From IMG/VR virus record IMGVR_UViG_3300018868_001080: a stretch of 64,000 nt of DNA. One strand, given 5' to 3'. The position numbers and the translations under genes were made by a program. The notes under the pieces were generated by a model that searched no databases, was not told the DNA's origin, and saw only the letters and a list, made by a program, of their open reading frames with translations. Origin of the DNA: a virus. This document shows, in pieces, positions 9,093-18,868 of this stretch (positions are counted from its first letter, which is position 1; each line of letters opens with the position of its first letter).

Positions 9093-10988
9093 ATGGCGGA
9101 TAATATTGACGTAGCTCAAGTGGTAGGAGATCTAGTCACTGCACTAGACAAAATGAATATCAAGCTTGATAAAATGCAAGCTGATTCAGTTTATATAGAC
9201 GAATTTAAGAAGAGCAAGAATGCAAAGTTTAAGACGTTTGCCGATTTAATTAAGAAAGAATTCAAAGACTATCTAAAGAACATGTTGGTTCCTGCTGGAG
9301 GCATTGCGACTTCCAAGACAGGCAAGCAAGAAGGGCAAGCTTCAGATTTAGCTGAATCAGGTGCAGAGAAGATAGGCGGTCCCATTTCAAAAGTAAGAGT
9401 TGAAGAAATAAATCCTGCAGTTTTTAAAATGCTTCGCGATCTTCTCAGAGACACATTCAAGCAAAAAGAAGAAAAAGAAGAAATAAAAAAGAAAGGTGGC
9501 ATGGTCTGGATTTTTGGTTTGCTAGCTCTGCTCAGTGGTGTCATAGTAGGTGTCATTGAGTGGATTCGTGAGCGCTTTAAAATGATCAAATCAATGCTCA
9601 GAGGACTCAAAATATTTGAATGGATAGCGGATGGTTTTAGATTTCTGAGGTCCAGAATATTTGCAGCTGCAGAGTTCATTTACAAACAGCTCAAAGAAAC
9701 CAGGTTGTTCAAATCACTGGAACGAATTTGGGAAGGCATCATTGCATCCATCCGTGAGTCTAGTTTTGTTAAAAAGCTTAGAACCTTTTTCAGTGAAGAG
9801 TCGTTTGTTGGCAGACTGTTTAAAAACATGGGTGCTTTCTTCAAGGGTGAAGGACGCGCAGGTGGTGTCGTGCGATCCATTGGCAGAGTATTTGAAATTA
9901 TGAAGAATGCTTTGCGTGGTGTGGGTGGTGTGATAAAGAGTCTCATAGGTGCAATCAAGGGTGCAGGTGCATTTGTCATGAATCTCATCAAGCGCTCTCC
10001 AATGTTTGCCATAGGCAAGACCATAGGCAGATTGCTTGGTCCATTGTTCATTGTGTTTGAACTTATTACCAACACAATTGACAGCATCAAGCAACAAGGG
10101 TTCACTTTCAAAGCAGTACTTGATGGTGTGTTGGGTGGATTGCTCAGTTTCTTTACACTGGGAATACTAAACTTTGAGAACATTAAAAAGTTAACTGATC
10201 AAATATCTGCGGCTTTTCAGGAAGGCAATTTTGTGGAAGGCATATTGCGAATACTTTTAGGAATTCCTGATTTGATATTTCAGGGCATAGGCAAAATAGC
10301 CACATGGATATCTGGTTTTTTTGGTGATGATATAAAGAAGAAAGTAGAAAATTTTTTTAACGTTTCTTTTACCGACAAGGTGCTGCTAGTTATTAAAGAT
10401 GTGATGAATGTTCTGCTATGGCCTATTAACAAGACATTAGAAATTTTAAAGAATGTGTTCAACATAGATGTAGTAAAGTGGTTGAGAGAACATGTGCCTG
10501 CACCATTGCTAGGTATCTTTGATAAAATAGTAAAGGGCGCAACTGATACAAAAGAAAGACCGGCACAGCCCATGGATCAAACAAAATTAGATCAAGCTAA
10601 AATTGCAAAAGAAGAGCAAAAAGCTGGTAGCATGTTTGATTGGTTTAACAAAAAAGATGAAGATCAACCTGTGGGTATTGAAAAAGTTGAAGACAATGAT
10701 TACGCTGAAGATGATGAGTATACAAAAGCTTCTGATCTGCCTCTTGTAACAACAGGCAGAGCTCCAGAATTAACAGCAAACAAATTAACACAAGAAAATA
10801 TTTTTGACAGTGATAAAATTATTGCAGTATTGCAAAAACAGCTGGAAATAATGACACAAACTAAGAATTATCTGGAAACTCTCAAATCTACTAATAATGT
10901 TGCAACCAGTGTGAACAATCAAAGTGTTGTTAATATGAGCGGCAATTCTGGTGTATCATCTTGGCGCCAAGGTGTTATTGCAAGATAA
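9093..10988 (+). CDS. Putative tape measure/baseplate hub protein (gp29-like)
   Basis: 631 aa with amphipathic helical Gly/Phe/Lys-rich repeats, hydrophobic segments and a C-terminal N/S-rich tail; located in the hub cluster. Confidence 0.6.
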   Translation: MADNIDVAQVVGDLVTALDKMNIKLDKMQADSVYIDEFKKSKNAKFKTFADLIKKEFKDYLKNMLVPAGGIATSKTGKQEGQASDLAESGAEKIGGPISKVRVEEINPAVFKMLRDLLRDTFKQKEEKEEIKKKGGMVWIFGLLALLSGVIVGVIEWIRERFKMIKSMLRGLKIFEWIADGFRFLRSRIFAAAEFIYKQLKETRLFKSLERIWEGIIASIRESSFVKKLRTFFSEESFVGRLFKNMGAFFKGEGRAGGVVRSIGRVFEIMKNALRGVGGVIKSLIGAIKGAGAFVMNLIKRSPMFAIGKTIGRLLGPLFIVFELITNTIDSIKQQGFTFKAVLDGVLGGLLSFFTLGILNFENIKKLTDQISAAFQEGNFVEGILRILLGIPDLIFQGIGKIATWISGFFGDDIKKKVENFFNVSFTDKVLLVIKDVMNVLLWPINKTLEILKNVFNIDVVKWLREHVPAPLLGIFDKIVKGATDTKERPAQPMDQTKLDQAKIAKEEQKAGSMFDWFNKKDEDQPVGIEKVEDNDYAEDDEYTKASDLPLVTTGRAPELTANKLTQENIFDSDKIIAVLQKQLEIMTQTKNYLETLKSTNNVATSVNNQSVVNMSGNSGVSSWRQGVIAR

Positions 10989-11008
10989 TTGCTTGATTAA
11001 ATAATAAT

Positions 11009-12304
11009 ATGGCTTCTTCTTATCTATGGCAGTTTTCGCAGGATCTCTCGAAAACAAAAATATACAAAAGCACGCCACCCACTCTCATCCCTGCCAATAC
11101 TAGAGCTGTTAATTCTGAAAGCCCCAATTATCTTAAATCTTCTTTTGCAACCCCATATAATGTGGATGTGGTAAACTCCTTCTATTGGACTATACAGAAT
11201 CCAAAGACACGGGCAGGCCAGCTGTACAGAAATGAAGTACCCAGAATAGAACTAATAGAAAAAAGAATTAAAATCAATGCAATTGTAAATCAAGCATTCT
11301 ATGCAATTGCAACTGGTGTGTCAAAGACTGGTGATGTATCCAATGAAGTTGGACAATTTTTTAGTGATCAAGCAACAAAAATAAATGGCACCGGTGGCAG
11401 TTTGTTGGGTGGATTAGGCTCCAACATTACAAATGCAGTAGATTTTTTAAAAGACGGAGTCAGCAAATTAACTTCAAAAGTTGGGCTTACTAAAGATTTT
11501 AACGGAGTATTGGCGCCATATGAGGGGTTATATTTAACTGAAGACACTGGGTGGAAATACAACATACCGTATTTTGAGAACTTAAGCAATGAAGTGAGCA
11601 ATGTATTCGGTGATTTGGATGGTAGTGCTTTTGCTGAACTGGCTCAAGGCATAGGCGCTTTTGTGAAAGCAGGTACCGATTTTATTAACATCAAAGAGCC
11701 TGGCACATACATTGAAAGAACAAAAATGTTTCAGTTTGCTGATGGAGGCGATGACATTACTTTCGAGTTCCCACTGATTAATACAGGCAATGCTACTTTT
11801 ATTGATGTGGTAAGAAATTGGCAGTTAATATTTCTACTCATATATCAGAACAGACCTCAAAGAATTTCAAGAGACATTATTGAACCATGTGTATTATATG
11901 AAGCGTTAATACCAGGCATCAAGTACACACCCTTTGCCTATATCAAAAGATTGAATGTGGAATTTGTGGGTGCCAGGAGAACCATGTCCTTGCCCATACC
12001 TCAAATTGGATCTGGTGGACAAGTGCTAACAAATTCAGAAAGCTTTGAAACCATTATTCCAGATGCATACAAAGTTTCAATTACACTCACAAGCCTAGTT
12101 GCTGAAACAAGGAATTTTCTTTACTCCATGCTATATGAAAAGAAGAATCTGGTGTCTGCTTCCACTCGCAGTGGAGACATTGGCAGCATCTTAAATACTA
12201 TAGGCACAGCAAACAACGGTCTGTTGGCTAACAGTAATCTCAACCCTACTAATGCCTTGAACGAAATACTACCAAACCTAGGAGTTAGCAACTTACCCAC
12301 ATGA
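11009..12304 (+). CDS. Baseplate tail-tube cap-like protein (gp48-like)
   Basis: ITFEFPLIN...PC.YE..IPG...YIKRLNV...IPDAY.VSITL pattern; lies immediately before the gp53-like gene. Confidence 0.5.
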   Translation: MASSYLWQFSQDLSKTKIYKSTPPTLIPANTRAVNSESPNYLKSSFATPYNVDVVNSFYWTIQNPKTRAGQLYRNEVPRIELIEKRIKINAIVNQAFYAIATGVSKTGDVSNEVGQFFSDQATKINGTGGSLLGGLGSNITNAVDFLKDGVSKLTSKVGLTKDFNGVLAPYEGLYLTEDTGWKYNIPYFENLSNEVSNVFGDLDGSAFAELAQGIGAFVKAGTDFINIKEPGTYIERTKMFQFADGGDDITFEFPLINTGNATFIDVVRNWQLIFLLIYQNRPQRISRDIIEPCVLYEALIPGIKYTPFAYIKRLNVEFVGARRTMSLPIPQIGSGGQVLTNSESFETIIPDAYKVSITLTSLVAETRNFLYSMLYEKKNLVSASTRSGDIGSILNTIGTANNGLLANSNLNPTNALNEILPNLGVSNLPT

Positions 12305-12672
12305 CACCTGATCAACAAGGACAGTTTCAAAATTCTGTAGATGATCTGCCAAGACTTCTACCTACTAGGTATGAAAATATATTTAAATTGTACAAAACCG
12401 AGTACAATCAATACTATTACAATATCCTCAACACAGTACAATTTCCGGATGATTTGAACCCTTCCGTTTATTATGAAATCACTGTTTCATCAAAAATGCC
12501 TTGGACCATGATAAGCTTCAATGAGTATGAGACCATGGATTTGTGGTGGTTGATATGCCTAGTGAATAAGATAGATAACCCGCTTAACTTTGCAGCAGTA
12601 GGCAACACTCTAAAAATTATAAGAAAAGAATTTCTTAAATTTGTGTTGGATGAAATCAGGCTAAAGTCGTAA
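12301..12672 (+). CDS. Baseplate wedge protein gp53-like (LysM-like)
   Basis: IS..EY....LWWLICLVNKIDNP.....G..LKII motif. Confidence 0.8.
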   Translation: MTPDQQGQFQNSVDDLPRLLPTRYENIFKLYKTEYNQYYYNILNTVQFPDDLNPSVYYEITVSSKMPWTMISFNEYETMDLWWLICLVNKIDNPLNFAAVGNTLKIIRKEFLKFVLDEIRLKS

Positions 12673-12673
12673 C

Positions 12674-14272
12674 ATGGGAACATTCAACACATCTCTACCA
12701 TCACCGGATACTGATAATATATATAGGTTTGGTGATAATACTGAATATTATTATGATTTAATACTATACAATGCAAATGAAGAGTTTGTGAGACTGAAAA
12801 CTCAAGGAGTAAAAGAATTGATAATAAATGATAATTTTTTAGATTTCTTTCACAAAGGCACTCTCACTTTTCGCAATGATATTGATGCTATAGAAAAAAT
12901 TACAACAGAGCCAAGCGGCACATCACAAAACTTCTTTGGTACCAATTTTGCCCCCTCCAAGGGCGGGCAAAACACTTTGCTCCCTTTTGCGTTTAGAGGT
13001 GATTGCCGTGATTATCTCATTGTGGATATATGCCCTCGTCTATATGATAACCAACCTAATTATAACAATGGTGAGCAGGTTAATAAAATATGGAGACTTA
13101 AATTTGTTTTTGCTATCTATGATATTGAAGACATAACTGGACAAACGGCAGATGAGAAATATAAAAAATTGCATTTTTGGGATTACAGTTATCAATTAAT
13201 GACAGAGAGAAATATAGATTTTTCTACTGCGCAGTATGTCAAAGCTGCTGATAAAGTTAATTTGGATGATAGCGAACGAGCCATGAAAACAGGCTTAGCT
13301 GTGAAGCAAATAATTGAAAATACATTCCCTTCTACAGAAGGTTACACTCTTAAATTTGGCGAGTTTGATGAAGGTAGCACCAGTATATTCTATTCTTCAC
13401 CTATTGCATCAAAAGCTTTATTTGACTATCAATACATTGATTCTTTTCATGTGAGCAGTCCCAGCAACAATTATGATTTCTGCGTACTACGCAAAGAGAG
13501 ATACACAAATGAGTGGACTTACAAGTCACTTAAAAATTACTTTGACAATGCGTATGAGAGAAGAGTCACAAACAATCAGGATGGTGGTGGCGCTCTGCAT
13601 TTAGAGAAATTTTTGGTGGGCAATTACAGTGACAGTAACAGCTCCAACTTCACAAACGTCACAAGAACACCAGTTAGTATAAAAAATAACGCTTATTTGC
13701 CCGATTATTCACAAATACAAAAATACAGATTTTTTCCTACTGCAGGCAATGATGTGCAGAATTTCATCACTACAAACCAAGTGCATGCGTATGATTCTAT
13801 GAACAAAGAGTTCATCATTGATGTGCAAGAGAATGACTTCACAAGAATATTGGACATATTTGAAACAAATTATGTGCAGGCATTCAAGGGCAATGCCTCT
13901 GGACCCTGGTCCACTTTAACTAAAAACGAATACCGCAGAAATAATACCAATTATAATGCTGATTACAGTGTTGCTCTTTCTCGGGATCAAAGACTATCTG
14001 CAGGTAGAAATGCAGTGCTTAAAAAAGCATTGTTTTTAAACAATACAATTAATTTTGTAGCACCCGGGCTAACAATGCGACAAGCTGGCAGATTCATTTC
14101 AATTGACAGGGACAGCGCACAACCCAGCAACAAATTTGATGATAAATTTCTTGGCACATATTTTGTTGTGGAAGTTAATCACGTGTTTCGCGGTAATACA
14201 TATGAAACAGAGATGACTTGTGTCAAGCCATACATCTTTTCTGATCCCAAGAATGTGGAGGATGTGGTATGA
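12674..14272 (+). CDS. Baseplate hub protein (gp27/VgrG-N-like)
   Basis: C-terminal PG...RQAGRFI.I...KFLG.YFV..V.H.F....Y.T...CVK hub signature. Confidence 0.65.
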   Translation: MGTFNTSLPSPDTDNIYRFGDNTEYYYDLILYNANEEFVRLKTQGVKELIINDNFLDFFHKGTLTFRNDIDAIEKITTEPSGTSQNFFGTNFAPSKGGQNTLLPFAFRGDCRDYLIVDICPRLYDNQPNYNNGEQVNKIWRLKFVFAIYDIEDITGQTADEKYKKLHFWDYSYQLMTERNIDFSTAQYVKAADKVNLDDSERAMKTGLAVKQIIENTFPSTEGYTLKFGEFDEGSTSIFYSSPIASKALFDYQYIDSFHVSSPSNNYDFCVLRKERYTNEWTYKSLKNYFDNAYERRVTNNQDGGGALHLEKFLVGNYSDSNSSNFTNVTRTPVSIKNNAYLPDYSQIQKYRFFPTAGNDVQNFITTNQVHAYDSMNKEFIIDVQENDFTRILDIFETNYVQAFKGNASGPWSTLTKNEYRRNNTNYNADYSVALSRDQRLSAGRNAVLKKALFLNNTINFVAPGLTMRQAGRFISIDRDSAQPSNKFDDKFLGTYFVVEVNHVFRGNTYETEMTCVKPYIFSDPKNVEDVV

Positions 14273-15903
14273 GTATTAAGACCATGGTACCACAGCTTTG
14301 CGACATTAACCTCGCATCATCCAAATACATACTTGAGAAGTATACTAATTATCTTGATTATCTTGGCAAATTTGTGGATCAAATAGAGACAGCCATCCTT
14401 TATAGAAACACTTTCTTTGATAACAACTCAATTGACACCCGGGTAGAATTTTTTAATAATCTACAAGAGAAGTTTAAAACTTTTAGCGAAGATTTTGTTG
14501 CATATTGGTATGAAATATACAGAAGCAATCCTGAGTTTTTAAAATCTAAAGTTACTAACAGTACTCTGGTGCTGGATAGTGATTGCATCGGTAAATTTAC
14601 CAACTCAACATATGTTATTGACGACAGTGTGAGTCCAATTTCAGATTGGTCCATGAACAGCGCTCCGCCCCCCTCTTGCATACCTTACAACACATTGCAA
14701 AAAATTTCACCCTGGACAAAGCAGCTAATTGAAAGAGCTAGCTTCAGAACAACCAACATGTATCGGAGTAACATTGCAATGGTGCAACCAGTAGACACAA
14801 GCCCCATGCGCGCACATGGTACCAACCTGGTTACAGACGAACTATATTACACAAGAACTGTGTCCGAAATCAAACGCATAGCAATAGAAAAGATTACAAA
14901 AAAATTCGAAAAAGAAGTAAAAATCTTGTTACGTTACTGTAACATAAACGATAATGAAGCTCTGAACTATCAAGATGCAAAGCAAAACAAGAGCTTCATT
15001 GGACAGTATACGTTTGAAATGGAGATAGAGAGCGCAAGATACCAGGTGGATGTGTTATCAAATAGAATTAAGCAGCTAAAGAGTAGGTTATCTAATGAAG
15101 ATGTTTTATCATCTGAACAAAGCGTAACAGTTAGTATCAATCAAAAGACAACTGCACAATTGGATAGGATTTATAAAGATAACCTGCTCACCCGCTTAGA
15201 CCAGCTCATACCACGCAACATATACAAAACTATTGCTGTCATGGAACAAACAGAAGTAACACCTGCTTCAGATACATTTAAAGAATTGAATGCTGGTGTG
15301 GTACCTGACACAGTAACAAACGCAACTGCAGCACAACAGACATCAAGCCAAGGGAGTGCAATACCAGTAACATTTAATCACTTCTCAGACAATGTGTCTT
15401 ACCCCACTTACCAGTCACCTGCATGGGCCACAGACGTTGCACAATGCTTGGGTGTGGGTGCCACTCTTGAAGCTTTCAATGGATTTGCTGATCCACTCAC
15501 TGAGTTTGCAAATGCATCTTCTGCAGATTTTGATCTGTTTAGTTCATTGAGTGAAATTAAACCTTTTGGTATTGATCTAACAAATTTCACCATAGAACCC
15601 GACGCCATCTTGCTGCAGCTGCAAAGCATGCTGAATGCATTTGATGTATCCTCCATATCAACATTGTTTGGCTCTAATTTTGCAATACCATCCTTCACAC
15701 TGGGTGAGTTGTTTGATAAAGCTGGTAAAGTAGGCGATCTCAAAGAAATAGCACTTAAACAAGCCACAGATGCTGCATTGAATACTATAAAAGATACAAC
15801 GTTGAATATACTAGAAAGCTTGGCTTGTGGCACTGCTCAAACTGTTCTGGCAGGTGGTGGTGGCTTCGGTCCGCTCAGAAACCTGGCAGGTGGTATCGTC
15901 TGA
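14269..15903 (+). CDS. Hypothetical baseplate-region virion protein
   Basis: 544-aa ORF overlapping the stop codon of the hub gene (ATGA); no recognised motif. Confidence 0.55.
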   Translation: MSIKTMVPQLCDINLASSKYILEKYTNYLDYLGKFVDQIETAILYRNTFFDNNSIDTRVEFFNNLQEKFKTFSEDFVAYWYEIYRSNPEFLKSKVTNSTLVLDSDCIGKFTNSTYVIDDSVSPISDWSMNSAPPPSCIPYNTLQKISPWTKQLIERASFRTTNMYRSNIAMVQPVDTSPMRAHGTNLVTDELYYTRTVSEIKRIAIEKITKKFEKEVKILLRYCNINDNEALNYQDAKQNKSFIGQYTFEMEIESARYQVDVLSNRIKQLKSRLSNEDVLSSEQSVTVSINQKTTAQLDRIYKDNLLTRLDQLIPRNIYKTIAVMEQTEVTPASDTFKELNAGVVPDTVTNATAAQQTSSQGSAIPVTFNHFSDNVSYPTYQSPAWATDVAQCLGVGATLEAFNGFADPLTEFANASSADFDLFSSLSEIKPFGIDLTNFTIEPDAILLQLQSMLNAFDVSSISTLFGSNFAIPSFTLGELFDKAGKVGDLKEIALKQATDAALNTIKDTTLNILESLACGTAQTVLAGGGGFGPLRNLAGGIV

Positions 15904-16332
15904 TGACACATCAATAACATTGGCTTCCTTGACAAGTTTCTTAAACATGTCCTCTCTTGTGCCAACAAGCATATCCTTGGCGTCACCTATGAGATCTCTC
16001 TTGAGATCATGATCCATTCTCTTCAAATCCTTGAGTGTATCACTCTTTTTATCTTGCACCATTATTTTGTTTAGTGTCTCAATTGCAGCAGATGTTGCAT
16101 TGAGAAGCTCTGCATATGCAGACAAATCCTTTGCATCTGGTGCAGCATTCAAATACACATTTAAATTCTTCACCAAATCCAACCCTTCATTTATAACTGT
16201 GCTGGCACTCTCAATGATGTATTGCTCCAAATTATCCTTGGTCGCAGATTTGCGAATCTCCTTCTTAACCTCAGTATTCTTTTCCTTCAAAGCATCTATT
16301 ATGTTGTCAATGTCATCACTATTATCAGGCAT
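15811..16332 (-). CDS. Putative terminase small subunit (T4 gp16-like)
   Basis: Helical 173-aa protein with 'I..G...V..L......P.AK..SAYAELL' and 'LVGTREDMFK.L', resembling gp16 PR..EV and F.GST..L. TAAATA 7 nt upstream. Confidence 0.6.
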   Translation of the reverse strand: MPDNSDDIDNIIDALKEKNTEVKKEIRKSATKDNLEQYIIESASTVINEGLDLVKNLNVYLNAAPDAKDLSAYAELLNATSAAIETLNKIMVQDKKSDTLKDLKRMDHDLKRDLIGDAKDMLVGTREDMFKKLVKEANVIDVSSDDTTCQVSERTEATTTCQNSLSSATSQAF

Positions 16333-16347
16333 ATGTAGTTATTTATC

Positions 16348-16374
16348 TTGATTTCTAGAATTTCATATTAATAT
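16348..16374 (+). promoter_or_regulatory. Possible host sigma70-like early/middle promoter for dut-clamp loader
   Basis: TTGATT (16348) ... TAATAT (16369-16374), 6 nt before GTG 16381. The 15-nt spacer is short. Confidence 0.35.
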
Positions 16375-16380
16375 TAGTAC

Positions 16381-16815
16381 GTGAAGTTAGCACTTGAATT
16401 CATTAAAACACATGAGCATGCAAGATTGCCTTGCAAGAATCATGCAAACGACACTGGGTATGATGTGTACAGCATAGAGAATGTGTGCATACCTGCACGT
16501 GGATCCAACCTTGTGCCAGTGGGTCTGCAGTTTGCATGCATACCTGCAGGTTATTGGGTGCGTGTGGAATCACGCAGCGGATTAGGTTTCAAGCATGGGA
16601 TAATGGCACACCCAGGAATTATTGACAATGGTTACCGTGGTGATGCAGGTATCAAGCTTTACAATCTCACAAACAACGATTACACTGTTAATCGCGGTGA
16701 TAGAATTGCACAATTTGTATTGTATCCGTTGGCATCAGATGTGGCAATTGGGTTCACTGAGATTGCTTCAGAGTCTGATCGAGGTGACAAGGGCTTTGGA
16801 AGCTCTGGCAAATGA
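16381..16815 (+). CDS. dut: Trimeric dUTPase
   Basis: All five motifs: GYDV, RSGLG, GIIDNGYRG, RIAQ, RGDKGFGSSG. Confidence 0.97.
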   Translation: MKLALEFIKTHEHARLPCKNHANDTGYDVYSIENVCIPARGSNLVPVGLQFACIPAGYWVRVESRSGLGFKHGIMAHPGIIDNGYRGDAGIKLYNLTNNDYTVNRGDRIAQFVLYPLASDVAIGFTEIASESDRGDKGFGSSGK

Positions 16816-17744
16816 ACTTCAATAATCTGTGGGTGGAGAAATATCGACCCAAATCTCTATCTGATATTGTTCTCACAAAAGAAACAAGATCAATCGTTAC
16901 ATCCTTCAAGGATAAGAAGGAGATACCCAACTTATTACTAATTGGCATACAAGGCATTGGCAAGACGTCTCTGGCAAAGATCATTGTTAATGACATTTTA
17001 GGGTGTCAATACCTGTACATAAATGCAAGTGATGAGAATGGCATTGATACCATACGGACCAAGGTGGTCAGCTTTTCCAAGACCAAGAGCTTTGATGGCA
17101 ACATCAAGGTCATAATATTGGACGAAGTGGATGGTATCAGCCTTGAGGCACAGAAAGCTTTGAGAAACACAATGGAGGAATATTCTGCCAATACTCGCTT
17201 CATACTGACCGGTAATTATAAGCACAAAATCATACAAGCTCTGCAGAGCCGCTGTCAGGAGCTAAATTTGATACCACCTCTTGAGGGTATGGCCAAGCGA
17301 GTACTCACCATCTTGAGAGATGAAAATGTACAGCTTGATGAAGCACAGAAGAGGGACTTGGTAACGCTAATCAAGAAGCTATACCCTGATTTTAGAAAAA
17401 TAATTAATGAAATTCAAAAATTTAGCAGCTCTGGTAGTCTGTCAATACCGCAGCTGTCCATTAATAATGATGTGGTTGTCAAGATTGTTGACTTCATTAA
17501 ATTGAAGAAAAGCAATTTGGGCAGAAAGTATTACATTGAAAATGAAGAAAAGTTTCAAGGTGATTACACAACTCTGTTGCGTGAATTCTTCAATTTTATC
17601 AATGACACCATGGATTTTAATGACGAGAAAGCAAAAAGAGCATTATTAGTTATTTCTGAACATCTATACAGAAGTAGTTTTGTAGTGGATCAAGAGATTA
17701 ATTTCTACAGCTGCATCATAGCGCTGGAAGGATTAATAATTTAG
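16812..17744 (+). CDS. Sliding clamp loader AAA+ subunit (T4 gp44/RFC small subunit)
   Basis: WVEKYRP, Walker A GIQGIGKT, INASDENGID, Walker B ILDEVD, SRC motif. Confidence 0.95.
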   Translation: MNFNNLWVEKYRPKSLSDIVLTKETRSIVTSFKDKKEIPNLLLIGIQGIGKTSLAKIIVNDILGCQYLYINASDENGIDTIRTKVVSFSKTKSFDGNIKVIILDEVDGISLEAQKALRNTMEEYSANTRFILTGNYKHKIIQALQSRCQELNLIPPLEGMAKRVLTILRDENVQLDEAQKRDLVTLIKKLYPDFRKIINEIQKFSSSGSLSIPQLSINNDVVVKIVDFIKLKKSNLGRKYYIENEEKFQGDYTTLLREFFNFINDTMDFNDEKAKRALLVISEHLYRSSFVVDQEINFYSCIIALEGLII

Positions 17745-18334
17745 CGTTTGGGCAAGTAGCGGTGCACGTAGTTACTGACTGCAGGTGATTTCTCTTTGTC
17801 TGCCGGCATGCTGGGAATCTTCACATTTTTATTAAGAAGCTTTCTGTCACCTTTGATAAGCTTGCCTGTACCATCATCTGAAGTAACAGTGTGAGCAATC
17901 TGTTGATTGTCCTCTGGCTTCTCTTGCTCTGGCTTAATCTGTGTGTTGTCTTTTCTTTTCAGTGAATCCGGTATGGGTGGCAGGTTAATGCCATTGCCGT
18001 ACGGTTCCAAATATTTTGCAGGTACAGTCAAATAAGTGACATATCGGCCAGGTGCTATTTCTTGTGTAATATCCACGTCAAACTCACTGCCCGTGATTTC
18101 TGCATTGCCTGAACCTTGTGCAGTTGGCCGTGTAGGCTTAACGGAACTCACGCGCAACAACAAATCAGACTCTGACCATGCTTTTAGTGTGTCCTTGTAC
18201 TCTTGTGTTTGATCCTTGTAAAAATCTGACTTGAAAACATCACTCTTAACATGCACCATGGCACCACCTAGAAAACCACCACGTGTTAATTTCTGCAAGT
18301 ATGTCTCCAGTAATGTATCAAATCTCTTCTTCAT
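17741..18334 (-). CDS. Hypothetical protein, probably late/virion-associated
   Basis: 197-aa ORF with an MKKRFDTLLE N-terminus; exact TATAAATA on the minus strand 6 nt upstream. Confidence 0.65.
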   Translation of the reverse strand: MKKRFDTLLETYLQKLTRGGFLGGAMVHVKSDVFKSDFYKDQTQEYKDTLKAWSESDLLLRVSSVKPTRPTAQGSGNAEITGSEFDVDITQEIAPGRYVTYLTVPAKYLEPYGNGINLPPIPDSLKRKDNTQIKPEQEKPEDNQQIAHTVTSDDGTGKLIKGDRKLLNKNVKIPSMPADKEKSPAVSNYVHRYLPKR

Positions 18335-18340
18335 TATATA

Positions 18341-18348
18341 TATTTATA
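18341..18348 (-). promoter_or_regulatory. T4-type late promoter TATAAATA
   Basis: TATTTATA on the + strand, 6 nt before the minus-strand ATG at 18334. Confidence 0.7.
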
Positions 18349-18395
18349 TCTTCAAAACTAATTTTGTATATATAATTTGATACTAAATAATCTAT

Positions 18396-18866
18396 ATGAG
18401 CATTAGAATAGAAAGCATCAAAGATGTTACCAACATCAATGATCTTAAGTATCAAGATTTAAAGTTAGATTTTGAGTATAGTTACACACAAAATTCACAA
18501 TTTCTGAAGACCAACGAAATTATTGATCTCAAAGTGGATTATGATCTGAATGCCGTTAAGAACAGCTTAAGAAACATGTTTATAACCAATCGTGGTGAAA
18601 AACTACTAAATCCATACTTTGGCATTGGGCTAGCTAGCTTTGTATTTGATCAAGCAACACAATCAACTGCCAAGATCATTGGCGATGCCATCCTAACCAA
18701 CATCAATACCTTTGAACCCAGAGTGCAGGTGAACAGGGTAAATGTCATTGCCAATGAAGATGACAACAGCTACACAATCAACATAATCATGAGTGTACCA
18801 CAATTAAAAGCTGAATTAGTAAACCTAATAGGCCTATTAAATAACAGAGGATTTACTTTTGTCTAA
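18396..18866 (+). CDS. Baseplate wedge protein gp25-like
   Basis: D.NAVKNSLRN.F.T..GEK..NP.FG, FEPRV motifs. Confidence 0.92.
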   Translation: MSIRIESIKDVTNINDLKYQDLKLDFEYSYTQNSQFLKTNEIIDLKVDYDLNAVKNSLRNMFITNRGEKLLNPYFGIGLASFVFDQATQSTAKIIGDAILTNINTFEPRVQVNRVNVIANEDDNSYTINIIMSVPQLKAELVNLIGLLNNRGFTFV

Positions 18867-18868
18867 TT

